From Promethearchaeota archaeon (lineage in GTDB: Archaea > Asgardarchaeota > Lokiarchaeia > Sigyniarchaeales > SOKP01): a stretch of DNA of 24,568 nt. A model generated the notes under the pieces. The model saw only the letters and a list, made by a program, of their open reading frames with translations. It ran no database searches and was not told the DNA's origin. Positions 7,568 to 16,479 of this stretch are shown one piece after another. The DNA lies in contig JABCSY010000058.1 in the NCBI GenBank assembly GCA_018238625.1, positions 1-24,568 on the forward strand. Direction: 5' to 3'. The position numbers and the translations under genes were made by a program. Within the stretch, counting starts at the first letter, position 1. Every line of letters starts with the position of its first letter.

Positions 7568-8686
7568 TTATATCTCTGGTGGACTAAATAATCTTTTTTT
7601 ATTATTTTCAGTTCTTTTCGATCCCGTATATCCTTTTCTAGGATTGCTTAAAATGTCTTGCCTCTCAACGTGAATTGCGGTACCTCCAACTAATTTTAAT
7701 GAATTATAAAAATGTTCATAAGTTAAACGTTCTGAATCAATAGCCTTCAATAAAGATACTTTCGTACCCCTTTCGATATCTGAGCCAGAATATCCAATAG
7801 TTAATTCAAGTAAGCCCATGGCTTTGCTCTTTTTGTTGAGTTCATCCCATAATATATTGTCGCTAAACTCAGTGATGGTATGACCTAATTTGCTTTCTAA
7901 GCTTATTGTAATTGCCTTAAGCCTTTCGTACTCATCATTTAAACTAACATAAATTGATTTGTCAACGCCAATTTTTGCTTTTTCTACCTTACTAAGAAAA
8001 GATTCAATGATCTGCTTTCTTATATGAAAATTGGGGAATTCAAAGCTAAAATGAAAAGTAAATCGTCTCCAAATAGCTGAATCTAATTGGTTTTGATGAT
8101 TTGTTGCTCCAAATATCGCTAAAGGTACGCCTTGATAATTTATTCTGTCGATTGCTTGTAAAAATGATATAACCGCACGTTTAATTTCACCAACTTCATG
8201 AATGTTTGATCTTTCAGAGCCAATAGAATCAATTTCATCGAAAAATAATATAAAAGCACCTCTTTCTTTCGCGATTTCAGCTGCTAAATCCACAACATTT
8301 CTAATTTGTTTAATTGTATCTCCTAATAATGGTGATACCAATCTATCAGTTTCTACTACACAAATTGGTATTTCATAATGCTTCGCAAATCCTCTCGTAA
8401 GAGAAGTCTTCCCCGTGCCTGGGGGGCCATATAAAAGAACTGTTAAACTGGGGTTAAGTTTTGCTCCTTTTAACTGTTCCGTAAATTCTTTATATTTTTT
8501 TAAAGCTTTGAAAAAATCATGTAATATTTCTTTTTTAACCTCATTTCCTAAAATATCGTCAATATTATCTTGAATGTCGAAAGGAAAATACACTGCTCCA
8601 TATTTACCTATTCTATTCTTAATTACATCATCGGTAAATGTTTTTATTTCTTCCACTTCTTCATTTGAATTGCTAATTTTTCTCAT
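7568..8686 (-). CDS. Single-domain classic-clade AAA+ ATPase
   Basis: Walker A GPPGTGKT, Walker B ILFFDEID, and SRH with arginine fingers GATNHQNQLDSAIWRRF. Lid motif GYSGSDIE. Confidence 0.93.
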   Translation of the reverse strand: MRKISNSNEEVEEIKTFTDDVIKNRIGKYGAVYFPFDIQDNIDDILGNEVKKEILHDFFKALKKYKEFTEQLKGAKLNPSLTVLLYGPPGTGKTSLTRGFAKHYEIPICVVETDRLVSPLLGDTIKQIRNVVDLAAEIAKERGAFILFFDEIDSIGSERSNIHEVGEIKRAVISFLQAIDRINYQGVPLAIFGATNHQNQLDSAIWRRFTFHFSFEFPNFHIRKQIIESFLSKVEKAKIGVDKSIYVSLNDEYERLKAITISLESKLGHTITEFSDNILWDELNKKSKAMGLLELTIGYSGSDIERGTKVSLLKAIDSERLTYEHFYNSLKLVGGTAIHVERQDILSNPRKGYTGSKRTENNKKRLFSPPEI

Positions 8687-8702
8687 CTCATTTTATTGTA
8701 AT

Positions 8703-10010
8703 TTAATTATTTTTTCTTTCTTTATCAAATTTTTCACAATAATCTGCAATTTCGTTAATAAATTCTTTAAGATTATCAATTTGAGCACCAATAAAGTTAA
8801 AAATTTCTTTTCTATATTGAGGGGAATCTCTTATCTTCAGTTTATCTAAACCTAAATAATTTGGAAAACATACGAGCTTCATTAAATAAGGTAGTACTTT
8901 TTCATTTGTTTGTAAATCTTTAAATATTGGATAAAAAATATTTTGATCGGATAATTTCCATTTTAAAATTCCCATGTAAATTAGAAAGGCAAAATTCATT
9001 GAAATCCAATTTATAAATTCTTTTGATAAAAATCCTCTTCTTTGTGAAGCTAACGCTAAATAATACAAATTTAATGTTTCATTGCTCAACTGTGGTAATA
9101 ATCTTATTTTTCCATCGGATTGCTTATTTTCACGTATGAAATTGTTTTCTAACATTATATCGACTAAATCTTCTTTAGGTGCGAGGAAAATTTCGTCAAT
9201 AACACGGAGTCCAATACGTTCGGCAATTTGATTTATAGCTTCTTCCTCGGCATTAGCGATTGAATCAATGTATGGGTTAAAAACTTCAGTTTTTAAAACC
9301 ATAGGAAGTTCTTGATTTCCTCTTTCAGGGAATTCACCAAAATTTGGATCTAAATTGTAAAGAGAAGTTATATTGTTGATTAACTTAGAAACTTTCGGAG
9401 ACATACCAGGAATTTCAAAAAAGTCTGATCTTTCTAATTTATCCCTGTAATACGTGTGAGGTTGAAGCATATGTCGTTGGCACTCATAAAAATTCGAAGA
9501 GTATTTTAGTAATTTATTATAAATAATTATTTTATTTCTTCCTCGTGGAAACAATCTTTTTTCTATGTACTTCGTTAAAACATATAAAAATGTTTTTTCT
9601 AAACTCGATTCGTCTGGATTGGTAATATGTCGCAAAACATTCAATGCCCCAATGGATTCGTATAAAAATTCAATAATATAATCTTTTATATCAATGATTG
9701 GAATGGTTTCCCGATACTTCAATATAAAATCTTTTATTATATCATAAACATTTGATCTATACATCGTATAAAATTCTGATAACGCTCTTACTTTTCGGAT
9801 ATTTCTTTTTTCTTCTTCTTGGCGAATTTTATCCAGGATTTCAATATCTAGTAGTAAATCAGCGTCTAATTCGATAATTTTTCTCCTCGTTTCTCTAAGA
9901 ATTGGGCGCATATGACTTATAAAAGTTAAATATCTAGGTAGAATATCAGTCCATTTCTCCCTTTTTCTACCTGATTTTACCATTCTAGTAGATTTTTTTT
10001 TATAACTCAT
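8703..10010 (-). CDS. Hypothetical helical protein with basic N-terminus and possible winged-helix segment
   Basis: 435-aa ORF in the operon. LVDIMLENNFIRENKQSDGKIRLLP resembles a helix plus wing. Family not recognised. Confidence 0.75.
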   Translation of the reverse strand: MSYKKKSTRMVKSGRKREKWTDILPRYLTFISHMRPILRETRRKIIELDADLLLDIEILDKIRQEEEKRNIRKVRALSEFYTMYRSNVYDIIKDFILKYRETIPIIDIKDYIIEFLYESIGALNVLRHITNPDESSLEKTFLYVLTKYIEKRLFPRGRNKIIIYNKLLKYSSNFYECQRHMLQPHTYYRDKLERSDFFEIPGMSPKVSKLINNITSLYNLDPNFGEFPERGNQELPMVLKTEVFNPYIDSIANAEEEAINQIAERIGLRVIDEIFLAPKEDLVDIMLENNFIRENKQSDGKIRLLPQLSNETLNLYYLALASQRRGFLSKEFINWISMNFAFLIYMGILKWKLSDQNIFYPIFKDLQTNEKVLPYLMKLVCFPNYLGLDKLKIRDSPQYRKEIFNFIGAQIDNLKEFINEIADYCEKFDKERKNN

Positions 10011-10037
10011 AGTTCTCGCTCTTTTTTTTAAACTATA

Positions 10038-11186
10038 TTAACTTTCATCGTACCCTACTACTATTTCTGTGAATATGTTAGCGATCTCCACGAAGATTGG
10101 TATTTCTACACGCACCAACTCTCCGAGAATCCACTTGTTTACATCTTTCAACAAGAAACGTACTTGATTTATTATTTTCTTATTAATTTCAGAGTCTATT
10201 ATTTTGGTTAACCATAAACCTCCCCCTAACCTATAAGCAATAATTTTTATTAATGGTTCAAAAAGAGGTTCTAAGACTTGTCTCATCATCCACGATTTTG
10301 GAATGACACTCATATTATTTTCGTCAAAATTAGGATCGTTGAGAATGGGGTTTGTCTCATCAACAGATAGTTTTGGCATAAAGCTTAATAATAGAATTAG
10401 AGCAAATATAGCAGTGATGCCGTTTATTGTATAAGAGCCCCCAATCTTCTCAATATCGTCTCTATTTATTGATACATTGGCTAAAAACATACAAATAAAA
10501 ACATTTCTGTCGAAGGCTTCAGAGACATAAGTATAACCTAATTCCTCATTAATTATTAAATATTTTTCTTTGAGAATTTCAATAATATCATCTGGAAATG
10601 TGTAAAAAGTGTAAACCTTCTCTTCACTTTTTCTAACATCCTTTTTTACAATCAACTCTTTTGAGACCAAACCAAACATTTTAACAAGTTCTTCCAGTTG
10701 GTTTTTTATGTAATGACGAGGCTTATTCGGATCGCCAAACATGGCATAAAATTGATGATCAATAATATGAAAATCATTTCTTTTACTAAAGGCTTCTACC
10801 ATCCTATTTATTATGGGTCCTTGTGTTCCTGAAGCGATTGCTTTCGCTTTTGATGTTACAAATCCATTTAATAACTCATTTATAATAAAATCTTGTTCAT
10901 GAGTTCTAGACTTTAATATTTTATCAAAAGCTTCAGAAAAAATTTTTGTATTTGGAAAAAATGCGTTTTGAATTTTATCATTTATTGATTTCAAAAAAAT
11001 ATCACCGTTATTCTTTGGAAAGTGGAGTTTCATATTATTCAGTCTTTGTACTAGAGCTTCTTTTGCTCCTGGGATGTTTTCCGCATCTCTTTTCTCCAAT
11101 TCATCGATTGCCTTTTCTAACCCTTTATCAAATTGCTGAAGTAATTCTTTCCAAGTAGAATCTTGAATTTCTGCCATTTTTTTCAC
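10038..11186 (-). CDS. Hypothetical protein with probable central winged-helix domain
   Basis: 382-aa ORF. RHYIKNQLEELVKMFGLVSKE...VYTFYTFPDDIIEIL fits a recognition helix plus wing hairpin. Confidence 0.75.
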   Translation of the reverse strand: MKKMAEIQDSTWKELLQQFDKGLEKAIDELEKRDAENIPGAKEALVQRLNNMKLHFPKNNGDIFLKSINDKIQNAFFPNTKIFSEAFDKILKSRTHEQDFIINELLNGFVTSKAKAIASGTQGPIINRMVEAFSKRNDFHIIDHQFYAMFGDPNKPRHYIKNQLEELVKMFGLVSKELIVKKDVRKSEEKVYTFYTFPDDIIEILKEKYLIINEELGYTYVSEAFDRNVFICMFLANVSINRDDIEKIGGSYTINGITAIFALILLLSFMPKLSVDETNPILNDPNFDENNMSVIPKSWMMRQVLEPLFEPLIKIIAYRLGGGLWLTKIIDSEINKKIINQVRFLLKDVNKWILGELVRVEIPIFVEIANIFTEIVVGYDES

Positions 11187-11210
11187 TATAGATTATAATT
11201 CTTTTATTAT

Positions 11211-12164
11211 TTACCAATTTAATTCTGCTACTATTTTCTTTAAGGCATCAACTAATGGATTTATAAGCTTTTTATCGTAAAGGTTCGGAGAACTTACTCC
11301 TCTTTGGGCTTTCCAACCCATTTGTGTTCCTTCCCCCATTTCTCTTTTTCCAAATTTTAAAATGTTGCTTAGATCTCGCATCCACCAATAAAATCTTAAC
11401 CATTTTTTGTTTGGGTTATCTTTAGAATGAATAACTGCCAAAGCTTTCCATTCCCCCATTAACCACTTTACTGTAATGCCGCTTTCAGGCAAATAATAAT
11501 TTATGGGAAAATTAGCTTGAAAATTTAAATCGAGATCTTTAGAAATTATATTAAAGATCGGCTGGTTATACCCTTCTAGTACGACGATTTCACCACAAAA
11601 CTGGCACTCATAATGAGATTTCATTTTTTTCATTTTTTTTTGACATTTTGGGCATGTCCGGTTTTCAATAATTCTATATTTGATAATGTCTAAGTTTTTT
11701 TCTTTTTCTAAGGTATCTTTTGTTTTGGGTTCTTGTTTTCCATACTTCCCTTTCCAAGTCCATATTTCGTCGAAAGAATCATTAATTTTTTCTAATGCGA
11801 TAATAACATTTTTCAGAACGTCCTTATCATAAATTTTAAACATCCCCGCGTGTTGATAACTTTTCCACCAAGAAAGTCTTACGTATTTCTCAGTTTTTAA
11901 GTAAGCACTATGGCAAATCAGGACCGCGAATAACCGTGTATCGCTCTTATTTATTACAATCCCTTTTTCTGCTACTTCATAAGTTTTATTCAATGATACA
12001 TTTTTATGAAACCACTCTCCATCTATAAAAGTTCCTATAGTGGATTCTTCTTCTTTTTTTTCTACCTCTATACTCTTTTCCTTAATGATTTTCTTACATT
12101 GTGGGCATTCAAAAATTCCTGGAATTAAGGGTTTCATTTCAACATTACATGTAGAACATTTCAT
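11211..12164 (-). CDS. Double zinc-ribbon protein with internal duplication
   Basis: CSTC..CPQC and CPKC..CQFC ribbons. Each is followed by a similar beta-rich unit (KYVRLSWW / KWLRFYWW; IYDKDVLKNVIIALEKI / LYDKKLINPLVDALKKI). Confidence 0.8.
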   Translation of the reverse strand: MKCSTCNVEMKPLIPGIFECPQCKKIIKEKSIEVEKKEEESTIGTFIDGEWFHKNVSLNKTYEVAEKGIVINKSDTRLFAVLICHSAYLKTEKYVRLSWWKSYQHAGMFKIYDKDVLKNVIIALEKINDSFDEIWTWKGKYGKQEPKTKDTLEKEKNLDIIKYRIIENRTCPKCQKKMKKMKSHYECQFCGEIVVLEGYNQPIFNIISKDLDLNFQANFPINYYLPESGITVKWLMGEWKALAVIHSKDNPNKKWLRFYWWMRDLSNILKFGKREMGEGTQMGWKAQRGVSSPNLYDKKLINPLVDALKKIVAELNW

Positions 12165-12166
12165 AT

Positions 12167-13267
12167 TTAGTCATCATTAATGGTTATAATATACCTTTCA
12201 TAATCTAAATTTAATAATTTTAATTCTTTCTTTGTAAATCTTGTAATCTTACTATTAATTTTTACTAAATCTTCTCTAAGATCAATTAAAGCATTCTGGA
12301 TATTATTCACAATGTCATCTTCGTTAAAAGACACTTTCTCGATGAATTCAAGATAATTATACTTTTTACCTTTCCCTGAATAATATAATTTCATTTCTAA
12401 TAATTTGTTTTCAATTTGTTTCATCTGAAATCTAAGGTTTAACAAAGATAATAAATTAGAATTCCAACTTTTAAAGATTAGATTTTCTTTATCAATTTCA
12501 TCGTAATTAAATTTATCTGGAAGCTCTACTTTTTCATCTTTAAGAAATTGAATAATATCTTTATTTTCTTCAATAGCTTTATTTGTTTTTTTTAAAACGA
12601 TTTTATTTTTCAATTTGGGCTCAAAGATTTCAATAAATTCATCAATTTTATCCTTTATCTCCAAAAATCTTTGGTAAAACCCTTCGATTGTAATCTCAAT
12701 TTTAATAGCTTGAAAAATATTTCCATATTGATCCAAAATATAATATAGATCATCTGATATTCTAAAATCATAACCCCCTATTTCAAAAACAAATGGGTGG
12801 ATAATGTTACCTATTTCGCACCTAACTCCTTTTAATTTATTTAAAGCCAGATTAAAATTCCTCCTGGTTAGAAACTTAAATTTTTTGTTTATTAGTAAAA
12901 ATAATGTATGATCTGGCACCGAAATTTTATTATTTTCTATTGTTACTGTCTCTTCTCCTAACCGGATTATGAAATCACCGTCTTTTTGTTCAAATTCTCT
13001 CATACTTCTTATATTTTTAATTAAACCTAAATCAATAACAATTTCAATAAATTCTTTATTCCAAAAGGTTAAAATATTATCTTTATATATCTCATCTAAT
13101 ACTAGAACCTTCTCATATGATTCTATGAGTTCTTGATTACTTAAATCCTTGAATAAATCATTTCTGATGACATATAAAAATAAAATGATATATCTCATAT
13201 CAATGTCGTCAAGAATCGTCTCTATCAAGTTCTTATCGTAATCCATCGACAAACTCGTATGTTCCAT
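12167..13267 (-). CDS. Hypothetical protein: winged-helix-like middle and helical-bundle C-terminus; first gene of the operon
   Basis: 366-aa ORF. LTRRNFNLALNKLKG...FVFEIGGYDFRISDD is wHTH-like and is followed by long amphipathic helices. Confidence 0.75.
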   Translation of the reverse strand: MEHTSLSMDYDKNLIETILDDIDMRYIILFLYVIRNDLFKDLSNQELIESYEKVLVLDEIYKDNILTFWNKEFIEIVIDLGLIKNIRSMREFEQKDGDFIIRLGEETVTIENNKISVPDHTLFLLINKKFKFLTRRNFNLALNKLKGVRCEIGNIIHPFVFEIGGYDFRISDDLYYILDQYGNIFQAIKIEITIEGFYQRFLEIKDKIDEFIEIFEPKLKNKIVLKKTNKAIEENKDIIQFLKDEKVELPDKFNYDEIDKENLIFKSWNSNLLSLLNLRFQMKQIENKLLEMKLYYSGKGKKYNYLEFIEKVSFNEDDIVNNIQNALIDLREDLVKINSKITRFTKKELKLLNLDYERYIITINDD

Positions 13268-13472
13268 ACCTAAAATCCACTTGCTATATTTAAAATGAAT
13301 AATTTATTTCAGTTAAAAAGAGTAATTGAATTAATTAATCATTCCTAAAAAATCTTTCGGTTTCCTCCATTCTACAACTAAAAAAGCGAAAATTTTTTAG
13401 TTTTGATTTCTAATTACTTATTGATTAAGAAATTAATAAAAAAATACACAATTATTTTGAGTTTGAACTTCG

Positions 13473-14054
13473 ATGGGAAGAAGAAAAAGAAAGCAACAAT
13501 CTTATAAAAGAGTCAAAACAGTCCCAAAAATTTTTACTTGCCCAAATTGTGGGGAAAAATCAATAAAAGTAGAAAATTTACGAAAAAGTGTTATAGCTAC
13601 AGTGAAATGTGGTCATTGCGGTTTAACAAAGGAAGTTCTGGTTAATTCTATTTCAGAACCTGTTGATGCTTTTGGTGATTTTATCGATATTCATTATGCT
13701 GATCAAGAACTTCAGAGATTAGAAAAAAGCATTGGAAAATTAATAAAAAAAAACGAATGGGGAGAACTTGCACTATCCTACTCAATTTTATCGGATATTT
13801 GTAAACTTAAAGCTGTTCAAGCTTTAGAAGACGAAGATAAAGTAGATCTTGATGAAGTAAATAAATGGAAATTTAAAGCTGAAGAATATAAAAGGCGTGA
13901 AAGAGATGCTCTACTTCAATTAGACACGCTTGAATTGGAAAAAGGAATTAGAACAGACGAAGAATCTCTATTTTCAGAGCATGATGAGAGCGATATGAAA
14001 AAAGAAAAAAAAATCGAAGATATCTTTGACGATCCTGGTTTTCTTGAATTTTAA
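13473..14054 (+). CDS. elf1: Transcription elongation factor Elf1 with long C-terminal extension
   Basis: The basic N-terminus MGRRKRK, FTCPNCG...CGHCG Zn ribbon and EPVDAFGDFID are Elf1 hallmarks. About 115 extra residues follow. Confidence 0.9.
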   Translation: MGRRKRKQQSYKRVKTVPKIFTCPNCGEKSIKVENLRKSVIATVKCGHCGLTKEVLVNSISEPVDAFGDFIDIHYADQELQRLEKSIGKLIKKNEWGELALSYSILSDICKLKAVQALEDEDKVDLDEVNKWKFKAEEYKRRERDALLQLDTLELEKGIRTDEESLFSEHDESDMKKEKKIEDIFDDPGFLEF

Positions 14055-14125
14055 ATAGATTGAATTCTTTAATTAAGTACTTTAATGAATTTAGATAGGG
14101 TAATTTAATGTAACAACTCTTTATT

Positions 14126-15856
14126 TCAATTATTTAGGATATGGGATTTAACTTTAGGCGGAATGTGTTTCCAAATAGGAAGATTTAAGATTAAATTGAA
14201 AAAGCGAGTTCGATTCAATTTTTTTTTTAAAATAAAATAACTCCAGTTGTAAAATGCTAATTTATTAAAGAGATTCATTAAGTTCACACCAAATAGGTTA
14301 TATTTTGAAGTTAAAAAACTTGCTAAATAAGCACCTAACCGCTTATTTCGTGGAACTGATTCAGGATATACTGATTCTGATAGAGGTCTATTGAAAATTT
14401 CATAAATTGAAAAAATAGGTATAAGATTATCTAAATGTTCGTTTACAATTCTATTATAATTTGAGTTCTCTAAGGATAAAGCAGAAAGCTCATTTAATTT
14501 TTTTAAGGCAAGATTAAAGTGTTGTTCCTTAAAGTAAAGCCACATAATTCCCATCTTATCTCTTAATTTCACCAACTCAGCTATAACTTCCTTTTCTTTA
14601 AAAGAAAATGAGTTTTTTATCTCGAAATGTGTTATATAAAGCAAAAATATTGAATAAATAGAAGTTTTATCAAATTCAGTTAAATTATCACTTTCTTTGA
14701 CCTTTTGGAGATCAATTTTATTATTTGATACGTTATGGATAGTATGAGTATATAATGGTGTTATCCATAACATTTTCAAAATTTTTTCCATAAGTCGAAT
14801 ATGGAGCGTATATTCTTCAATTTTAGAAAATTTTTTAGATCGTTTCAAACTGGGAACAGAAAAGGTTTTAGATTGATCGATTCTAAATTTAAATGTATCG
14901 ATTCTTTTTAACTTATTAATCAATTCTTTTCTTTGTTTTTTATTTATTAAAATCTTTTCAATTAGCAACTTCTTTATTGATATTAACTTCTTTATGTAGA
15001 TATAGAAATCTACATTGTACTTTTTTACAATATAATCGTTTGTTATTAATGGAATGTTGATTGTTTGTTTTTTGGTTTTAGTCTCAATGCTCATTGCATG
15101 GTCCCCTATAGAATATGAAAACGTAATTGTTTCAAGAGCTTCTTCTAAACTGGAATATACACCTAATTTTTTTGGATCATGGGTGAAATAACCGTGCAAG
15201 AGAGTATCGATTCCTTTAAACTTATTATTTTCATATTTTGAAATAATAACAGATTCAAATTCACCAGGATGATGCCTTTTAATGCCGTAACGTTTACCCA
15301 CAAGAAGAATTGCTTGATTAGCTCTATGATATACAGTATGAGACCACCTAAACAATGGTTCTAATATTTTTCCAATTGTTAATAAATACCCATAAAATTC
15401 TGGTCCAAAATAGATAGGGAATCCAAAACCTCGAGATGTTGAAAATGTAAATTGGAAAACATTCCTTGTTTTCTCACCTTTTAGAAATCCGGGAAATTTA
15501 TAGTGTAAAGCTAATCTGGGATAAAGTGCTCCCAAACCCAAATTCATCCACATTTCAAATAGAATTATGCTGTCAGGAAATTTGAATGAATCTTTTTTGA
15601 TTAAGAAATCGTTTCTCGATGTGTTTAACGCAGTTGGAATGGCATAGAGCCATTCTTTATTGCTTTCTAAAGACTTCAACCGGTTTTTAAACTTTTTTAC
15701 CAATAATCGTTTATTCTGGTTTTGTACTGCAGCTTTTTTATAATAATAATTATTCAGAACTCTAAAGAGCGAAGTAATTTCTAGTATTTGTCTTTGAAGA
15801 TCATGAGCTACTTTTACTTTAATAACGCCTGAATTCTTATTTGAGGATTGCTGCAC
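14126..15856 (-). CDS. Hypothetical protein (576 aa, basic)
   Basis: Long ORF with GTG start and no recognised motif. N-terminal alpha/beta region, central coiled coil, helical C-terminus. Confidence 0.75.
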   Translation of the reverse strand: MQQSSNKNSGVIKVKVAHDLQRQILEITSLFRVLNNYYYKKAAVQNQNKRLLVKKFKNRLKSLESNKEWLYAIPTALNTSRNDFLIKKDSFKFPDSIILFEMWMNLGLGALYPRLALHYKFPGFLKGEKTRNVFQFTFSTSRGFGFPIYFGPEFYGYLLTIGKILEPLFRWSHTVYHRANQAILLVGKRYGIKRHHPGEFESVIISKYENNKFKGIDTLLHGYFTHDPKKLGVYSSLEEALETITFSYSIGDHAMSIETKTKKQTINIPLITNDYIVKKYNVDFYIYIKKLISIKKLLIEKILINKKQRKELINKLKRIDTFKFRIDQSKTFSVPSLKRSKKFSKIEEYTLHIRLMEKILKMLWITPLYTHTIHNVSNNKIDLQKVKESDNLTEFDKTSIYSIFLLYITHFEIKNSFSFKEKEVIAELVKLRDKMGIMWLYFKEQHFNLALKKLNELSALSLENSNYNRIVNEHLDNLIPIFSIYEIFNRPLSESVYPESVPRNKRLGAYLASFLTSKYNLFGVNLMNLFNKLAFYNWSYFILKKKLNRTRFFNLILNLPIWKHIPPKVKSHILNN

Positions 15857-16029
15857 TGAATTAACCGAATTAAAAACAATTAATTTCTTAAATTGATATA
15901 TATGTTTATCAATTTTAATCTTAATTGATTTTACCTATTCATATATTGAATTATTAAAAAGTGAAAATGAGATGTTTTTTATTCCTTATTGCCAAGTAAG
16001 TTCAATGAATTTAAAATTAAAATTGATTT

Positions 16030-16479
16030 TCATTGGGTGTTTCTTTTAGCGAACAAGGATTTTAACTCACCCATAATAGCACCTCTTAGACTTACAGGGC
16101 TGGCTGGACGGGCGCCTCCGGGACCTCCAGGTGGTGGCGGTGGACTTCCGGGTGGACCTCCAGGTGGACCTCCAGGTGGACCTCCAGGTGGCCCTGCCAT
16201 AGGTGGTGGGGCACTACTTGGGGCTGTGGGCGCTGCAATGACTGGGGCGGCCCCAACTCCTCTCGTTCTAAGTGCCGAAACATCATTATTTATGGAATTG
16301 ATTCGCGATTCTAATGTTGAAATTCTTTGACCAACAGCCGCTAAAGATTGATCTACTAAATCTGGTATCCTTAGAATCATTATCATCATTTTTTCAACAA
16401 CATCGCCAAATGTATTTAACTTTTCTTCAAGGGGGGCTTTTCTTGTTTCTTGCATGAAATTTGCGAAATCTTCGGCCAT
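16030..16479 (-). CDS. Coiled-coil plus proline-rich protein with C-terminal WH2/VASP-like amphipathic helix
   Basis: Heptads VGQRISTLESRINSINNDVSALR, then PPPMAGPPGGPPGGPPGGPPGSPPPPPGGPGG, then SLRGAIMGELKSLFAKRNTQ. ATG is preceded by purine-rich GAGAGAG. Confidence 0.8.
   Translation of the reverse strand: MAEDFANFMQETRKAPLEEKLNTFGDVVEKMMIMILRIPDLVDQSLAAVGQRISTLESRINSINNDVSALRTRGVGAAPVIAAPTAPSSAPPPMAGPPGGPPGGPPGGPPGSPPPPPGGPGGARPASPVSLRGAIMGELKSLFAKRNTQ
16139..16198. repeat. Coding 12-bp tandem repeat (GGTGGACCTCCA)
   Basis: Three perfect copies at 16151-16186 with one degenerate copy on each side. Encodes the GPPG/GGPP repeat of the 149-aa protein. Confidence 0.9.

Noticed and set aside
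7568-8686. Calling the ATPase Vps4/CdvC, PAN, Cdc48 or the ATPase of an AAA-subtilase pair
   Set aside because: No MIT domain, coiled-coil/OB N-domain or second AAA ring, and no neighbouring ESCRT-III or subtilase gene.
4329-13267. Calling the operon Wadjet (JetABCD), MukBEF or canonical Smc-ScpAB
   Set aside because: The SMC-like protein is half length with dead motifs. No Toprim nuclease or clear kleisin is recognisable, and the extra AAA+ and Zn-ribbon genes do not fit those systems.
16090-16270. GC-rich island as foreign DNA or structural RNA
   Set aside because: Fully explained by Pro/Gly/Ala codons of the 149-aa protein.
15989-16330. 113-aa plus-strand Gly/Pro ORF and the 64-aa HLEV-repeat ORF at 16092..16286
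   Set aside because: By-products of the stop-free GC-rich 12-bp repeat. The 149-aa minus frame has an ATG, a purine-rich leader and coherent domain structure.
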